A stretch of DNA of 64,000 nt, from assembly GCF_031769215.1 (NCBI RefSeq), contig NW_026782091.1:186001-250000 (forward strand), read 5' to 3'. The notes beneath the pieces were generated by a model. It had not been told where the DNA came from. It saw only the letters and a program-made list of their open reading frames with translations, and did not search any database. Below are positions 62,949-64,000 of the stretch, in pieces. The stretch's first letter is position 1, and each line of letters begins with the position of its first letter. The position numbers and the translations under genes are program-made. This DNA is from Ylistrum balloti (taxonomy: Eukaryota).

Positions 62949-64000
62949 TTACCTCTCTGAGTACTAAATGTGAAAGAATAATGGTTGCTATTCTGTTTTA
63001 TAAAATGGTCTTGGAATCCAGTCTGGGAAAAGGATGGAACTTCTATTAATAAAAATCAAGATGAGAATGTGAATGGTTTGATAGTAATGAATAAGTTTTT
63101 TTTTGTAATAACTTGTAATGTAGAAGATATAATTCTGTGTAAAGTAAGAATGGTCTGAAATGACATATGAAATAACTTAAATAAAGTTTTTGATAATAAT
63201 CACTATCAAGAGACAGGTAACATGAGTTTGACCTCTGAGGATCTGTTGCCAAATGTCTTTTGAAACATTGAAGTTTTACTTCTTACTTAAGATGGAAGTT
63301 TTTCTTTAATTGTTTGTTTCTTGAAATGCAGACAATTTGAAAGTTGTAGATGTACCAGTAAATCTGAAATATTTTGTTATATCATATTGCAATACTCTTC
63401 TAGTCTTGTTAACGTGAGATCTAGAGTGTGAAACACAAATTTCCTGAAATCTTGAACTGTAACAGTGCATCTGACATGAAGGAAATTATTTCTGTGGTAT
63501 GTATTAGGTCTTCAGAGGCATAGAAAACATATGGAGTGTTCTGTATTGTTGCACCATTAATAATAATCGTTATCACCTGATAAGATAAGTCAAAAGCTAA
63601 AGCTGCAAATTCTGTGCAAGAGTGCATGGAAATTTTTCTTGTGGAAACCTGAGATGGTAACTACTGCAATGTAGTAGCAAAATATTATGCAATATCAACA
63701 CACATTTTCTAACTTGAAGTTACACTTTGTTATTCAATGCGGTGAGGCTTTGTATGCTTTTTTTGGATTAAAGCGGACTTTGTGCAATTAAACTGTTGTT
63801 AACAAATGATGTCAGATACGCTGTGATGATGTATTACTCTCTTTTTTTGTTGAGAAAAGGTTGCAAATTAATCCAAACAAAACATATAGTGTTTGATGGC
63901 TTATCATCATGCTTAAACCTAATGAGGCATGCAGAATTTATAAAAGTGCATACTGGAGTAGCTTGTAACGTTTGAGTAGGATGAGTGGCTACACCTATGG

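Overview
AT-rich animal genomic DNA, not prokaryotic. The repeat families (Helentron-associated HINE/pearl-like elements, tRNA-SINEs with CORE-like or V-like domains, L2/CR1 LINE relics) point to a bivalve mollusc; this is inference, not a database match. The window is mostly intron or upstream sequence of one + strand gene. Two well-supported symmetric phase-1 coding exons (41038-41214, 52701-52964) encode a Ser/Pro/His-rich, probably disordered segment with a SUMO-type IKEE motif, suggesting a nuclear regulator that I cannot name. A few weaker exon candidates flank them. About 12% of the window is tandem arrays (11 arrays, units 21-57 bp); two of them sit inside mobile elements (a tRNA-SINE and a HINE-like element). 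The rest holds MITEs with readable TIRs/TSDs, a 1-kb element with long inverted ends, HINEs, SINEs and decayed LINEs. Most ORFs in the supplied track are repeat-derived or chance ORFs. There is no CRISPR array, rRNA, intact tRNA or intact transposase/RT. I found no clear new multi-gene system. The best leads are a SINE with a ninefold B-box-like amplification, an intronic array of about 26 5'-splice-site-like motifs, the unidentified regulator gene, and degenerate hammerhead-like motifs.
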